DNA of 63,999 nucleotides, the filler included, from Octopus bimaculoides (Eukaryota): assembly GCF_001194135.2 (NCBI RefSeq). It is 7 parts of 6 records of this genome, joined end to end, with 100 filler letters (N's around TTAATTAATTAA, not from the genome) between each part and the next. Parts side by side here need not be neighbours in the genome. Positions count along the whole stretch, not along the records: positions 47,670 to 56,312 come from NC_068999.1; positions 56,413 to 59,889 come from NC_068993.1; positions 59,990 to 62,424 come from NC_069002.1; positions 62,525 to 63,999 come from NC_068983.1; 3 more parts are not named here. One strand, written 5' to 3'. Made by a program: the position numbers and the translations under genes. Numbering within the stretch: position 1 is the first letter of the stretch; the number at the start of each line of letters is the position of its first letter. Shown here one piece after another: positions 51,450 through 63,999 of the stretch. The notes below the pieces were generated by a model. It was not told where the DNA came from, did not search any database, and was given only the letters and a program-made list of their open reading frames with translations.

Positions 51450-54400
51450 ATGTCACAAAATCCTGACCAAAACAAAACACATTGAACCTAGAGATACTAC
51501 AAGAACTGAAAGAAATCTCCTCTATGCTCACAGTCTTATCCGACAACAACGACAAGATACAGACCTACATTAAGGAAACGCTTGAAGAAAGAAGAAAAAC
51601 AGAAGAAACATCAGTTGTCCAAACCCTCAACAAGTTATGTATAACTATAGAAACAGTGATGCTCCAAAAGCTGGAACAAAATCCGGAAGCTGAATGAGAA
51701 GATAACATCAACCTGCAGTGAGAAACCTCTGCAATCAAAAACACTATTAAACATATATGGAACCAAAACTTCACAGCCCGTAAATTTACCTTTTGGAACT
51801 TCATTAAAAATAATGGCAAAGTGGAAATATATGAAAAATGGCTCAGTTCAACACCGATCATCCTCCTAAAGAAACTACAAATAAAACCTATCGCTAATGA
51901 ACCCGAACAACAAAAACTTAGAGAAAAGATGGTTCTTGAGAAATTTGGAATGGAAACCCATTATGGTTAAGAGCAAATTCCAATGAAGAACAATTTGAAA
52001 TGATTGATGCACAAATGCAAACAGAAATTCAAAAACATCCGAAGGCTGAGAAAACAATATTAAACTTTGGAAAGAAAACTGTGAACACGAGGAATTAACA
52101 TCTCTTTAACGGTGGGAGAGAAGTGCCCTTAGGTTCTCCAATTATGAATCTCATTTTAAAAACAAGCACTCTACCAAGAACCCATTACTAAAGAAAGTTA
52201 AAATCCACAAACCCCATTTACAACTGATTAATCAAACACCTAAATATGGAAATTATAGTCATCAATTCCATAAGGACAATTCAAGACTAATTTGACAACA
52301 AAATAATCCAACTAAAACAATCGAAGTTTTACTTTCAACTGGACTAAACCTTGCCCAAAACTGAAGACATACACAATGGATAAAAAATATCAACTTAAAA
52401 GACAATTACATAAAGAAACAAACAGTCCAGAACAACAAATGTACAAAATTGATATGAAAGTCCACAAGTTAACAGAGAAAATGTCCTCCAAAATATAAAT
52501 GATAATTAAAGGAAAACTTTCAAAAATCATTTTTTAGATCCAAACGACACCAGATGGTACAAACCACAGATGAGAAACCAAAGATTATTAACCTATCAAA
52601 AAAACATTAACCTATCAAAAAAACATTGTCAGTAGAAGAAATTAATATTTTGTCAAAAGGCCTAAAATTTACCCTAACATTGCAGCACCCTAACTCCAGT
52701 GAAGTACAGAACATTACACAGTTCTTTAGAAAACTACACCTATCAGAGGAATTGTCTGATAAAGAAATCAGGGATGATTCAATTGTAAGAAACAAGAGCA
52801 ATTACAAGCCTATGAAAGGTAAGAATAAAGCTTTGGATAAATTTTGTGATTTTATTTCTACCTTTCTTTATAAACAACTTCCACATCCTAAGATCAAGCC
52901 TAATACAAGTCGAAAGGAATGGAATATTATACATGAACTGTAAAATAATAACAACATTATAGTTAAGGAAGCAGATAAGGGAAGTGCAATAGTTATAATG
53001 GATATTGAACACTACAAAAGAGATATACTATCTATATTACAAGATATGACCCACTATGAAAAGGTAAATAGCTATCAAAAATCAAAGACAATGGCTACAC
53101 TGAACACATTCATTCACAGACATCAAAAACGTTCAACAAACAAAGAATGTGACTACCATTTTGATTGCAAGACTAGTTACTTCTATGGACTCCCCAAAAT
53201 CCATAAGAATCAAACTATCAAGAATGCATGTAAAGAACCAACTTCAAGTTGCATAAACATACAATATCCCAATATCCCACCGACCTTAAATTTAGACCAA
53301 TCATAGCAGGCTTGAATTGTGAAACACAAACTGAGCAACTTTTTAGATATATCATTGAAACCTATTCTAAAATACATACCAAGTCTTGTGAGCGGTAACC
53401 TGGACCCGTTAAACCACCTCCCAAAATTCATAAACAATGATACCACTATTGTATTTTTTGATGTGATAAACCTATATACCACAATCCCACACCAATATGG
53501 ACTAGAGGCAATACATTTCTGGCTTGAGATATTCCCTCATGAAATTCCGTTAAGAATTGAAAAGAGTTTCATCACTGAGGGATTAAAGTTTATCCATGAA
53601 AACGTTTTTGACTTTGATAGCAATATTTACAAACACATATTTGGGACTGTGATGAGGACAAAAGTTGCTCCGATGTACACCAATCTAATCATGGCATACA
53701 TAGAGGTCCAGATATATGAACAATCTAAATTAATATATGGCTAGAACTTTCACTAATATCTACTAGAAAATTGGAAATGTTACTTAGATGACTGCCTAAT
53801 GCTATGGATGTACATATTTGAACAACTTATAGATTTCAAAAATTTAATCAACAGCATAAACAATAATATTAACTTTACCATAGAATACAGTAAAACTAAA
53901 CTACCATTCCTAATCATCAAAAGAGATAAAATCATTGAAACAGATATTCACTACAAACAGACATTCTCCTCATCCCATCCCAAACACATGAAGAATAATA
54001 TCCCCTTTAATCTAGTAAGAAGAAGCTGCACAATTGTCTCAAACCCTGAAACTCGAAACAAAAGGCTCCAGGAACTAAAACAAGTACTACTTAAAAGACA
54101 GTATCCATTAATGCTAATAGACAACAGAATAGAACATGCCAAAGCAATAAATATCAAAGAACTATGAAAAACGCTCCAGATACATCCAATAATCCACCCT
54201 TTATTAGAATACACAACCCAAGAAACATAGAGGTTTACGATATTATTCATCAGAACATTCCACTACTAAAATAAGACCCAAGAATATAACAAGCATTCGA
54301 AATATACAAAATAATCAAAAGTAAAAGATAATCAAAGTCCCTCCAAAAATTCCTCACAAGTGCTAAATTATCTTCCTTAATTCCTACACCAACAGTCAAA

Positions 54401-54797
54401 AAATGGGGCTGCCCAAATGCAGGACCGGCATCAACCTTGTTGCAGACAAAACATACAAATTCAAATCAGGACAGACTTTTACTGTAAAAAATCACTTTAC
54501 ATGTTCTTCGAGGGATTTAATATACGCTATCAAATGTCAAGGATGTAATGAAGATTATATAAGTCAGACAAAGCTCACTCTAAGAAATAAACTGACTATT
54601 CACCAACAACAAATACGAGAACCCAGTACAAGACAGATTCTACTGAGTGGTCATATAGACATGTATGCAAAAAATAGTCTCCCAAATTCAAGGTCTTCCC
54701 ACTCTACCTATGTTCAGTGAATACCACAGATGAAACACAGATAAACAAAGGAAATAGTTTCATACAAAAGTACAAATCAAGACTTAACAAACGTTAA
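51450..54797 (+). pseudogene. Penelope ORF remnant (N-terminal extension, RT, Cys linker, GIY-YIG) with many stops and frameshifts
   Basis: ORF-track pieces 51482-51697, 52626-52943, 52998-53306, 53319-53744, 53799-54167 and 54403-54720 are collinear parts of one PLE protein. Confidence 0.88.
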
Positions 54798-55930
54798 CAG
54801 AGTACATATACAAATAATTATTCACACACAAAATTCATTCTGCCACTTATCATGAGGAAGTTACACAGCTAACAACCTAAATTTTAGCCATTGGACTACA
54901 TATAAATGACTCCTGTCCACTCTCCCACCAGGCAGATTAAATTTGGAGTGCCTTGATTATAACTAAACATGATCACTCAACCATGTTGGCTTCCTTTTTA
55001 GGTGCAAAATATACTGTTATGTGACACTAATGCACGAATGTAGCAGGAAACATCCAAAAGGTTATAAACTTCATTCTCTATAAACACTTGACAGAAAACA
55101 TTCAGAACATTGATTGTTTGGACTTGTTCAGTCAACTGGATCAACCTTAACTTATATCACCCAACATTGTCACTTGATACTAACACATGGACATAGCGGG
55201 GAAGCTACAAAAATTTCTAAGACCAGTCATGTAACTATCCTCTACCAGTCAAATCCTATTCAAAACATATACTAATTTGAGCCATGAGCTCCCTATAAAA
55301 ACAGGGCAAACTTCAAGCACTAGTAAGAAACAAGACAGCTCTGACACAAGCTGTGTCTTTCTATTTGAACTTTTTGAAAATCAGTGTAAACTGTGAAACT
55401 GGTTAAAGCTTCAAATATATTGATAAAAAATATTTTAACAATTCTCAGTGCATTTTCAACTTCTATTTTTCCTATATTTCTACTTGTGTGGAATAAAATA
55501 ACATTGTTATATATATATATATATATATAAATTCAAATTACGATGAACGTAAACAAACAATCGAAGTTTTCTTTTAGAAGCGTTGAGATGTCTTAGAAAG
55601 TTAAAGAAGTGATTTTAAATTCCCAAACGCAGGATAATGCTAATAATATAGTCTGAACAGGATAAACTACCCCTATTTTGCAGAAAAAAGTGTAGGCATT
55701 AGAGAACATTAGAGAACTATTAGGTCTTAGTAGACACATTACATATGATCTTCTTCTAGCATATTAACAGTCCACATAGTGGTCGTCGTTATATATACAT
55801 ATACATTAATCCCTTGAGATGTCAGATATTTTTTCTGAATCTCTCTGATTCTTTGAATGTGCTTGCCTCCTAGTAATAAATCGATATTAATTAATATCTG
55901 ATTTTTACCCTAATGTTTTATATATATATA

Positions 55931-56312
55931 CTAGCATAAACACCCGGCGTTGCCCGGGTTAAAGAGAAAAATGAAATCTAAAAACGCCGTCTAGACTACG
56001 CAACCCTCAACTGTTAGTAGCTACGATACCATATTTCTACATTAATAACTCTCCAATCCATGCCAGCATGGAACATAGATATTAAGTGGAATGCTAGAAG
56101 AAAGTTTTCAACTCATATGTATATAAAGTAAATACACGTAATTCAGAAACACGTTTTTGTGTATCTTATTTCGTAACCAAACAAACAGGTACAGATTATA
56201 AATAATGAAAGGCCAATTTTGGTGATTCATTTGACAGAGGTAGTAGAGAGACAATGCGATGATAAATCTGAGGTTGGATCTTGAAAGTTTGGATGAATGC
56301 TGCCTCAGTTAA
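55931..56312 (-). mobile_element. Internally deleted Helitron: Rep fragment plus 3' hairpin and CTAG end
   Basis: TFKIQPQIYHRIVSLLPLSNESPKL (about 56200-56290); CCCGG-GCAACG-CCGGG hairpin, then CTAG|T at 55931. Confidence 0.75.
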
Positions 56313-56412
56313 NNNNNNNNNNNNNNNNNNNNNNNNNNNNNNNNNNNNNNNNNNNNTTAATTAATTAANNNNNNNNNNNNNNNNNNNNNNNNNNNNNNNN
56401 NNNNNNNNNNNN

Positions 56413-57990
56413 ATTCTCAAATAACCAGAGACAGTTTTTAAGAGCTTAGGAGGAATTACAGAAGATAATACACCTCACGAAGAAGAAAACATTCGCCAAT
56501 TTTGGAATAACATCTGGAGGCAAGAAGTTTCCCACAACTACGGTACTGGGTGGATTCATTCCGTGAGATCTGAATTCCATCACTCGGAGATTCCACGACA
56601 GGGCTATGTGCGCATAACAGCGGAAGATGTCATAGCACAGGTATCAAAACTGCCAAACTGGAAAGCGGCAGGACCAGACGGAATTCAAGGCTACTGGCTC
56701 AAGTGATTTAGGTCAACACAAGAGAATTGCATTACAATTAGACAATTGCCTACAGAGCGGTGCAGTTCCGGAGTGGATGGTAGAGGGTAAAACAATATTG
56801 TTAATGAAAGATCGGTCAATGGGCAATGATGTTGGCAATTACCGACCTATTGCTTGCCTCAACCTCCTATGGAAAGCATTAACAGTTATCTTCGCAGGGA
56901 AAATACATACGTTCCTTGCGGAAGACAATCTACTGCCAGCAGAACAAAAGCGATGACGAAAAGGATCTAAGGGCACCAAGGACCATCTTGTGCTAGACAA
57001 GGTTATAATGAAGAACTGTAAATGGTAGCAAAAAAAATCTTATGCATGACCTGGNNNNNNNNNNNNNNNNNNNNNNNNNNNNNNNNNNNNNNNNNNNNNN
57101 NNNNNNNNNNNNNNNNNNNNNNNNNNNNNNNNNNNNNNNNNNNNNNNNNNNNNNNNNNNNNNNNNNNNNNNNNNNNNNNNNNNNNNNNNNNNNNNNNNNN
57201 NNNNNNNNNNNNNNNNNNNNNNNNNNNNNNNNNNNNNNNNNNNNNNNNNNNNNNNNNNNNNNNNNNNNNNNNNNNNNNNNNNNNNNNNNNNNNNNNNNNN
57301 NNNNNNNNNNNNNNNNNNNNNNNNNNNNNNNNNNNNNNNNNNNNNNNNNNNNNNNNNNNNNNNNNNNNNNNNNNNNNNNNNNNNNNNNNNNNNNNNNNNN
57401 NNNNNNNNNNNNNNNNNNNNNNNNNNNNNNNNNNNNNNNNNNNNNNNNNNNNNNNNNNNNNNNNNNNNNNNNNNNNNNNNNNNNNNNNNNNNNNNNNNNN
57501 NNNNNNNNNNNNNNNNNNNNNNNNNNNNNNNNNNNNNNNNNNNNTCATGCAAGATTTAAAACTGTTCGCAAAAACAGAGCCTGAAATGGAGAGGCTGGTT
57601 GAGACTGTGCAAATGTGCAGCAAGGATATAGGGATGGAATTCGGTATCTCGAAGTGTGTGGTACTTATTTTGAAGCGGGGGAAAATAGTAAATTGTAAGG
57701 GCATAGAGAGAGAATGGAAGACCTGGATGATAATGTGTACAAGTACCTTGAGATCCTGGAGCTGGACAATATCTTGCATAAAGAAATAAAAACAAGGTCA
57801 TCACTGCATATTTGAAGCGCCTTAAATTTCTCTTGAAATCAAAACTCAAGAAACCTTGTGACTATCATCAACATATGAGTGGTTGCTGTAGTCTGCTATA
57901 GTGTACTCATCCTGAAATGGACACAAGCGGAAATTAACCAACTCGATCGCATGACCCGAAGGACAATGACAATGTATGATGCCCTCCACC
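56413..57990 (+). mobile_element. R4/Dong-type RT fragment (spans an N gap)
   Basis: LPNWKAAGPDGIQGYWLK, NYRPIACLNLLWK, GSKGTKDHLVLDK and MQDLKLFAK..EMERLVETV..S.DIGMEFGISKC. Confidence 0.88.
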
Positions 57991-58737
57991 CTAAGGCGAT
58001 AAAAGTACCAGTTAGTGGCTAATCTTAAAACACATACCTCAATATTGAGTGAAAATGTCTAATACAAATGGTGTTAATGAGGCTGGAACCAAAGGTGAAT
58101 GCCTTTCGCTCGGCAGGTGCCTTGTGGTTGAGCAGCGCAGGCCCGGTCGTCATTCAGAGACTGCGACTACTTGTAAACAAAGTCAGAGCCAGAGAAGGTG
58201 GATTAGGAGGCAAACCGAACGGTAATTGAATGCTGAATCAGGAGTGAGCCCAGTAGAAGGGATTCCGACAACGAATCAAATGACCATCGGTTAGCCGAGC
58301 AAGCAAGAGCTATAAGGGCAAAAGGATGGTTAACAGACATAGAAATAGAAGAGATAAAAAGGAAAGTAGAAGATAGAAATAATACCTCACCAACAGATAA
58401 CGTGTTCAGTGAGGACAGAAAAATGAAAGGCGGCAGTGAAGAAGTAAACCAAAGTGTAAATGTAAATGTACTCTCAGCAAATGAAGCAGAATAGGAAGAG
58501 CTATATCACATGAATACGATGATGACCAAGACATAGTGAGGACGCTGTGCCGATATATTAGAGAAGACCAGGATCAAGCAAAGCCCCACCACCACCACCA
58601 CCACCACCACCACNNNNNNNNNNNNNNNNNNNNNNNNNNNNNNNNNNNNNNNNNNNNNNNNNNNNNNNNNNNNNNNNNNNNNNNNNNNNNNNNNNNNNNN
58701 NNNNNNNNNNNNNNNNNNNNNNNNNNNNNNNNNNNNN

Positions 58738-59704
58738 NTGAAGTACATTGACCGACACAAGCTCAAGGTTGAAACTGAAAAGATAGATTCGGTTCTTGGG
58801 CTATTCCGGACGAGAAATATAACTGAAACTAACAAGATTATTTGAACTGCAGCTATAGTTACTGCAGATAGAGTGGGATACAAAAGAAAAGAACAAACAT
58901 AAGGTAAAGAACCATACTGGCGTAGACGAATTTGTGAGAAACAAAGTTAAAAAAACATTTAGAACAAGTTGATAGATTGAGAAGAGGGGAATTGCAGAAC
59001 GAAAGCGTAATAATAATGCTGGAAAGAACAAATAGAAGAGATAAAGGTTATGATGTGATACTGGAAGAATTGAAATAAAGAGTATTAGCAATCAAAGCAA
59101 AACTGGAAAGATGTGACAATAGAAAAAGACAGTTCAGGTAAAACAGATTGTTTGAAGCAAATCAGAAGAAACTGTTTCAGGAACTAGATGGGCAAATACA
59201 CGTAATAATGATACCAGATGCAGAGGAAAGCAAGGCATTCTGGGGTGGGATCTGGGACCAACCTGTAGAACATAATGATGAAGCGGAGTGGTTGTATGAA
59301 ATCCAGGATAGGTTAAGAAATATAGAAGTCCAGGAAGACATAAAGATAACTAAAGAAATGAAACAAAAAAGCAGTCAAGAAAATACCCAAATTGGAAGAG
59401 CCCAGGACCGGATGGGGTCCAAAGGTATTGGATGAAGAAGCTGAGAGGGTACCATGAAAGGATAACACAACAGATAGATGAGTTCTTGCAGGAAAACAGC
59501 GGTGTATGACAACATTCGATAGTTTGGTTTAGTCGATGCAGTGATTATATTATCATTATTGTTATTTACTTTTAATCTGCACGTCTGTTGCACGTTTGTT
59601 ATAATCGCTTACCGAGACTCATCCAGCGTCCTAGGGTGAGTGAAGGATAAGCCGCTACGCAGGCAAGACTCCAGGAGCTCCAACAAAACCTGTGATAAAG
59701 AGAA

Positions 59705-59705
<1 letters not shown>
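58738..59705 (+). mobile_element. Second R4/Dong-type fragment (pre-RT region) followed by a 3'-end-like segment running into (AAT)n
   Basis: KEPYWRRRI, IPDAEESKAFWGGIWDQPVEHN and KIPNWKSPGPDGVQRYW. Confidence 0.75.
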
Positions 59706-59738
<33 letters not shown>

Positions 59739-59767
59739 TTAATAATAATAATAATAATAATAATAAT

Positions 59768-59889
59768 GCTTTCTAATTGATGTATCAATACCAGCAGATG
59801 ACAACGTTTCTCTAAAAGAAATGGAAAAACTTTCAAAATACAAAGACCTGGAAATAGAGGTAACTCGAATGTGGAATCTAAAAACAGAA
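59768..59889 (+). mobile_element. R4/Dong-type restriction-like endonuclease fragment
   Basis: FLIDVSIPADDNVSLKEMEKLSKYKDLEIEVTRMW. Confidence 0.8.
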
Positions 59890-60044
59890 NNNNNNNNNNN
59901 NNNNNNNNNNNNNNNNNNNNNNNNNNNNNNNNNTTAATTAATTAANNNNNNNNNNNNNNNNNNNNNNNNNNNNNNNNNNNNNNNNNNNNCGATGTTACTT
60001 ATTTTGGTTTGAAATAAAGCACTTGATCACTTAATAATCCTAGC

Positions 60045-60077
60045 TTAATCCCGGGCAGCGCCGGGCTATACTGCTAG
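60045..60077 (+). mobile_element. Helitron 3' terminus
   Basis: CCCGG-GCAGCG-CCGGG hairpin followed by CTAG|T; resembles the 55931-55960 terminus. Confidence 0.65.
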
Positions 60078-60328
60078 TTATACCTAAAATCTCCAAGAAG
60101 TTAAGGAGATAGACAAAGAACATGTTGCTTCTACTACGGCGTATAAGTTACTAAATTATCAAGAAGACTCTGCCTGTCACTGATTTTATTTGTTTTTATG
60201 GGGTCAGTTTTAATTTATAAACTAGTTTATAAAATCTTTCTATATCTAAGGCTGAGAGAATAAAGGCAGTATCTGTTAGGGGTAGGGGTGAGAGAGCAGA
60301 CAGAAATCATCGTTGGTATAGTCATAAA

Positions 60329-60513
60329 AAAGAAATTATTCAGAAATAGTTTAATATTTATACATATTGTACACTTAAATACTAGCTCATCAGATGGCAT
60401 CTGTATATACCAGTACATACCAATTAATCAATATTCACAGATGCCATCTGATGAGTCAATATTTAAGTGTACAATATATATAAATATTAAACTATTTCTG
60501 AATAATTTCTTTT
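60329..60513. repeat. Inverted repeat with about 76-bp arms and a 32-bp spacer
   Basis: 60329-60404 versus 60437-60513 reverse complement. Confidence 0.85.
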
Positions 60514-60533
60514 CCTCCCTCTATTGTGGTAAA

Positions 60534-60572
<39 letters not shown>

Positions 60573-62041
60573 ATATATAAGAAAATTATTTAAAAGAAAT
60601 TATATGACATATATCTATGTATATATCAATATTTATATAAACAAATATACGTATGTGTGTATATGTATACTCATATAAATGTGTGTGAGTGTGTTGAGAG
60701 ATATTCAGTGTGTATTGAAACACCGCATATTTCGTCCGATTGCTTACGGACCATTAGTGTATTTGCGAGGAGGATTGCGCTCATCCATGTAACTAAGGAA
60801 TATGCTCCATCCCTGCAGTAAAATTCGATTTTGACAGAAAACCGATTCTTGATTACAAAACATAACAGAAAAGATGAGATGAAATTTGAAATATTAACAA
60901 AACTTAATGTTATATTTTATAGAGCACCAGTAGTTCACAGCAGCAACTTTTATCGATAATTCAACTTGGAAACAAGAGAACTTTGAAAAAGCAAATTACG
61001 ATTGAAAGTAAAAACAAGGAAAAGAATTGAGCATATTTTTATTGAGTTAATAAACATGTTAGAGAAAATGGCGTGTAAATATTTAGTTTTGTTCAGTTTT
61101 ATTAGATTTTATTTCCTCGAACCCAAAACGCGTGTGATTTTGTCAAAAATATTGATTATATATATATATATATATTTGTTTGTTTTTTGTTTTGCTTTTG
61201 TTACATCGGTACATTGTATGGGCGCGTGGCCTAGTGGTTAACGGTGTTATGCTCACGATCACAAGAATCGTTGGTTCGATTTCAGGACTGGTCGGCGTGT
61301 TGTGCTCTTGAGCAAATTCTGCTGCATCTCACGTTGCTTTGCGACCATTTCGATACCTGACGTCGTCGATATCTGACGAGCTAATTGTGGTGCACAAGCA
61401 TTCAATCACTATAAACGAAATATCCTGGAAGGATTCGAACTCAGATCACAAAGAGTGGTCGATAAATAAAGTACCGACGCTTTAACCACTCCGCTAACCC
61501 GCTGTCTTTATATTCTGACGGTAATAGAATAGTGGTTTTCGACAGGTTTTGTTCAAACGCCTTCTTTTGACCGTGTAAAAGCCATCAAGGCCACAACATC
61601 ACATTAGACTCATAATATACCATATATATTTAATAATTTTGGCATTTTCATTTTTCACCGCTTTCAACCCAGCAAATTTAGTCTAATGTCCCTTTTTGGG
61701 GCGTTATATAACCTCTTCCTTTGAAAAATGGTTCTAGACTCATTAATCAAATAGATTACCTCCTAACAAACCAACCGAAAGATCGAGAGTTCGCGTCAGG
61801 TCATCGACACCTATTTCATAGAGGTAAATCCATTTAACTGTAAACAGGAATAACACGAGCAAAACATTATAAACATCAAAAACACTTGTATAATCAACAT
61901 TATAGTGTCTATAGTGACGAGTTCAAATCCTCGGAAAACCCTAGAAGAGGTCGCGGGCACTCACTCGACTGTATTCTGCCTTGTGAATCTTGTGGAAGTT
62001 TTACCCGGAGGAAAATACAACCGACAAAGGTACATTCAGGC

Positions 62042-62183
62042 CAGTCATAGGCAAACTGCGGCCCGCGGGATTTTCTGAATGCCTAACGAAAAATTACCTT
62101 GACATTTTTTTGTAGTGCGGCCCGCTTCATGATAAGCCATGTCGCATGCGGCCCGCTTCACGAATAAAGGTTAGCCATGCCCG
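62042..62183. mobile_element. Short hAT-like MITE
   Basis: Imperfect TIRs CAGTCATAGGCAAACT / AGGTTAGCCATGCCCG; three TGCGGCCCGC subterminal motifs; TSD not clear. Confidence 0.55.
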
Positions 62184-63419
62184 ATCAAGATGGCTTTCCA
62201 GCCTGCTAAAATTAGTAGCTAAATCTCCTTCAAATCACATCCTATTGTCTTCAGAAAAGAAGACACATTGAATGATACAGAACTAGATATACAAGAAAAA
62301 AAAAAAAAAATTAAAATGGGATTGTCACGGCTGGAAAATTTATGAGCGCAGATTTGTTCGTTCAGAACCACGACGACGACGACGTCCACCAGCACCACCA
62401 CCACCAGCACCAACACCAGCACCANNNNNNNNNNNNNNNNNNNNNNNNNNNNNNNNNNNNNNNNNNNNTTAATTAATTAANNNNNNNNNNNNNNNNNNNN
62501 NNNNNNNNNNNNNNNNNNNNNNNNGAAATACGACAACTTTAACATGGAATAACTTAGGGATTTCTTTTTTTTTTTTTAGAAGACTAAGAGAAAAAGATGT
62601 TTTATATGACACATTCTACCAGTGTTCCAAGTTTCAAAGTGTTTCGTTAATGAAAAATGTGGCCCCCGTTTTAAAAAAGATCCAAGGAGGATCTCACCGG
62701 TATCGAAGATTGACTAAAAGATAAACGTGGTCGAGAATTTGCAAAAAGATAATTTGTGCGTGCGTGCGTATGTATGTATGTATGTATGTATGTATATATA
62801 TATATGTATGAGTTTCGTTTTCCCGTGACTTGGCTGCCTACTATAAAACACCTCGACAACACGTCATTATCATTTCCTTCACAAGAAGACAGCGAGAATG
62901 TCTTTAACTATTAATAGACTGGGGAAAGTTTACTAAACGTGGGTGATTAACAGAAGGAATTATGAAAATATTTAAAACAAATGATTAAGTTGAAACAATC
63001 ATAGCTTGAATGCAACATGTGTAAAGAAAAAAGTACTACATGTATACCAACATGAAGAGGATGTGTGTGTCAATGACGGTTCGGTCGACTTCCTCAATAC
63101 AGGTTTTTCTAAGCTACGTCACACTCTAAAAACTCGGGCATTCGTCGCTGGCCATTCAATATTAACATATTTTTGGACACCCCCAGACATGTCTTGGTTC
63201 TATCATTCACTCGTTCTTGTTTTAAAAACAACGAAATCTAACATCTTTTGGAGATAGATTAATGATCAACGGTGACTCAAATATAAAAATAAAGGTCAAA
63301 GGTTATCTATCTTAATCATTTGATCTTCATCCCTTCAGACTATCACGCATCACTGGTTTTTGTGACCCTAGTTAGTCTGAAAGGATGTATGTGAACCGAT
63401 GTTATCATGTATATTAGCA

Positions 63420-63700
63420 TATGTGTGGTCTTGGCTCTCCGTCAGTTTCGACGATAGGTGTTCCAGTTGATTCCATCAACCAAATAGCGTACTCGTGAAA
63501 TTAACGTTCAAGTGGCGCTGAGTACTCCACAAACACGCATACCCTTAATCTCCGAAAGATTCAGTGGGACATGGTTGGTTATTTGAAATGCAAGTATCGC
63601 TCATTTTTGCCAGTTGAGTGGACTGGAGCAATGTGAAATAAAGTGTCTTGCTCAACACGCTACTCGGAATTGAACTAATGACCCACGCTTCTTCACATAT
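63420..63700 (-). mobile_element. SINE, same family as 36000
   Basis: ctcatttttgccagttgagtggactggagcaatgtgaaataaagtgtcttgctcaa. Confidence 0.75.
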
Positions 63701-63999
63701 GTGCGATAAATACTGTTGAGTGGCAAGACGCGACTGTGATACGATTTCACTGAACATAAATTCATGTGCGCCGGAAAAGGTGTAGAATGGTGGCATATTT
63801 CCGGTATGTTGAATACAGGTTCGATTCCTTGTTAAACCATATAAACTTCATTTTTTTTTTTTTTGTTCTCCCCACTAACAATTTTTCAACTTCAAGCCAT
63901 AAAAATACGATGAGTTGGAGTGCAAACCACACAGCTTCAATGCAATCGTTTTTTTTTTTTTTCAATTAGCAAAAATACCTCCCTAACATAATCTCTGTC

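Larger units (their letters stand above)
50590..55314 (+). mobile_element. Penelope-like element (RT + GIY-YIG), degenerate, with inverted 5' pLTR and truncated 3' pLTR
   Basis: Broken ORF containing LSKGLKFT, KEADKGSAIVIMD, FYGLPKIHK, FDVINLYTTIP, GTVMRTKVAPMY, YLDD and GIY-YIG-like LIYAIKCQGCNEDYISQTK. 51221-51410 is a direct repeat of about 55072-55301, and about 50905-51217 is an inverted repeat of about 54989-55314. Confidence 0.9.

Noticed and set aside
55931-60077. Two outward-facing Helitron ends as the termini of one 4-kb composite element
   Set aside because: They lie on different pieces separated by two artificial linkers.
43288-60455. Other CTGATGA words (43288, 45065, 60448) as hammerheads
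   Set aside because: No downstream GAAA core or flanking stem I and stem III pairing.
61420-61505. tRNA-like sequence on the minus strand (A-box and GTTCGAATCC)
   Set aside because: No acceptor or T-stem pairing, and it contains SINE-internal sequence; treated as SINE debris.

Overview
AT-rich, intron-rich eukaryotic draft-assembly sequence, most likely octopus or another coleoid cephalopod. That assignment is inferred from the extreme microsatellite load and the recurrent SINE families; no database check was possible. The window is not one contig: six identical 100-bp artificial linkers (44N-TTAATTAATTAA-44N) split it into seven pieces. Two host genes are supported. One is a partial mitochondrial uncoupling protein 4 (UCP4/SLC25A27-like) gene on the minus strand, with 7 in-phase GT-AG exons between 28241 and 44726; the first coding exon and the last exons were not found. 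The other is an isolated 120-nt cadherin-repeat exon at 6842-6961 (-). The rest is simple repeats, N gaps and decayed mobile DNA: tRNA-derived SINEs, RTE and R4/Dong-type LINE fragments, mariner and maT transposase relics, Helitron pieces, hAT and fold-back MITEs, and a near-complete degenerate Penelope-like element. The Penelope element has an inverted 5' pseudo-LTR carrying a minimal hammerhead-ribozyme-like motif. Nearly all long entries in the ORF track are microsatellite or N-gap artefacts. I found no rRNA, intact tRNA or CRISPR array, and nothing that clearly amounts to a new multi-gene system. The best leads are the ribozyme-bearing fold-back pLTR, an RTE tail with three C2H2-like fingers, and long intronic hairpins in and around UCP4.
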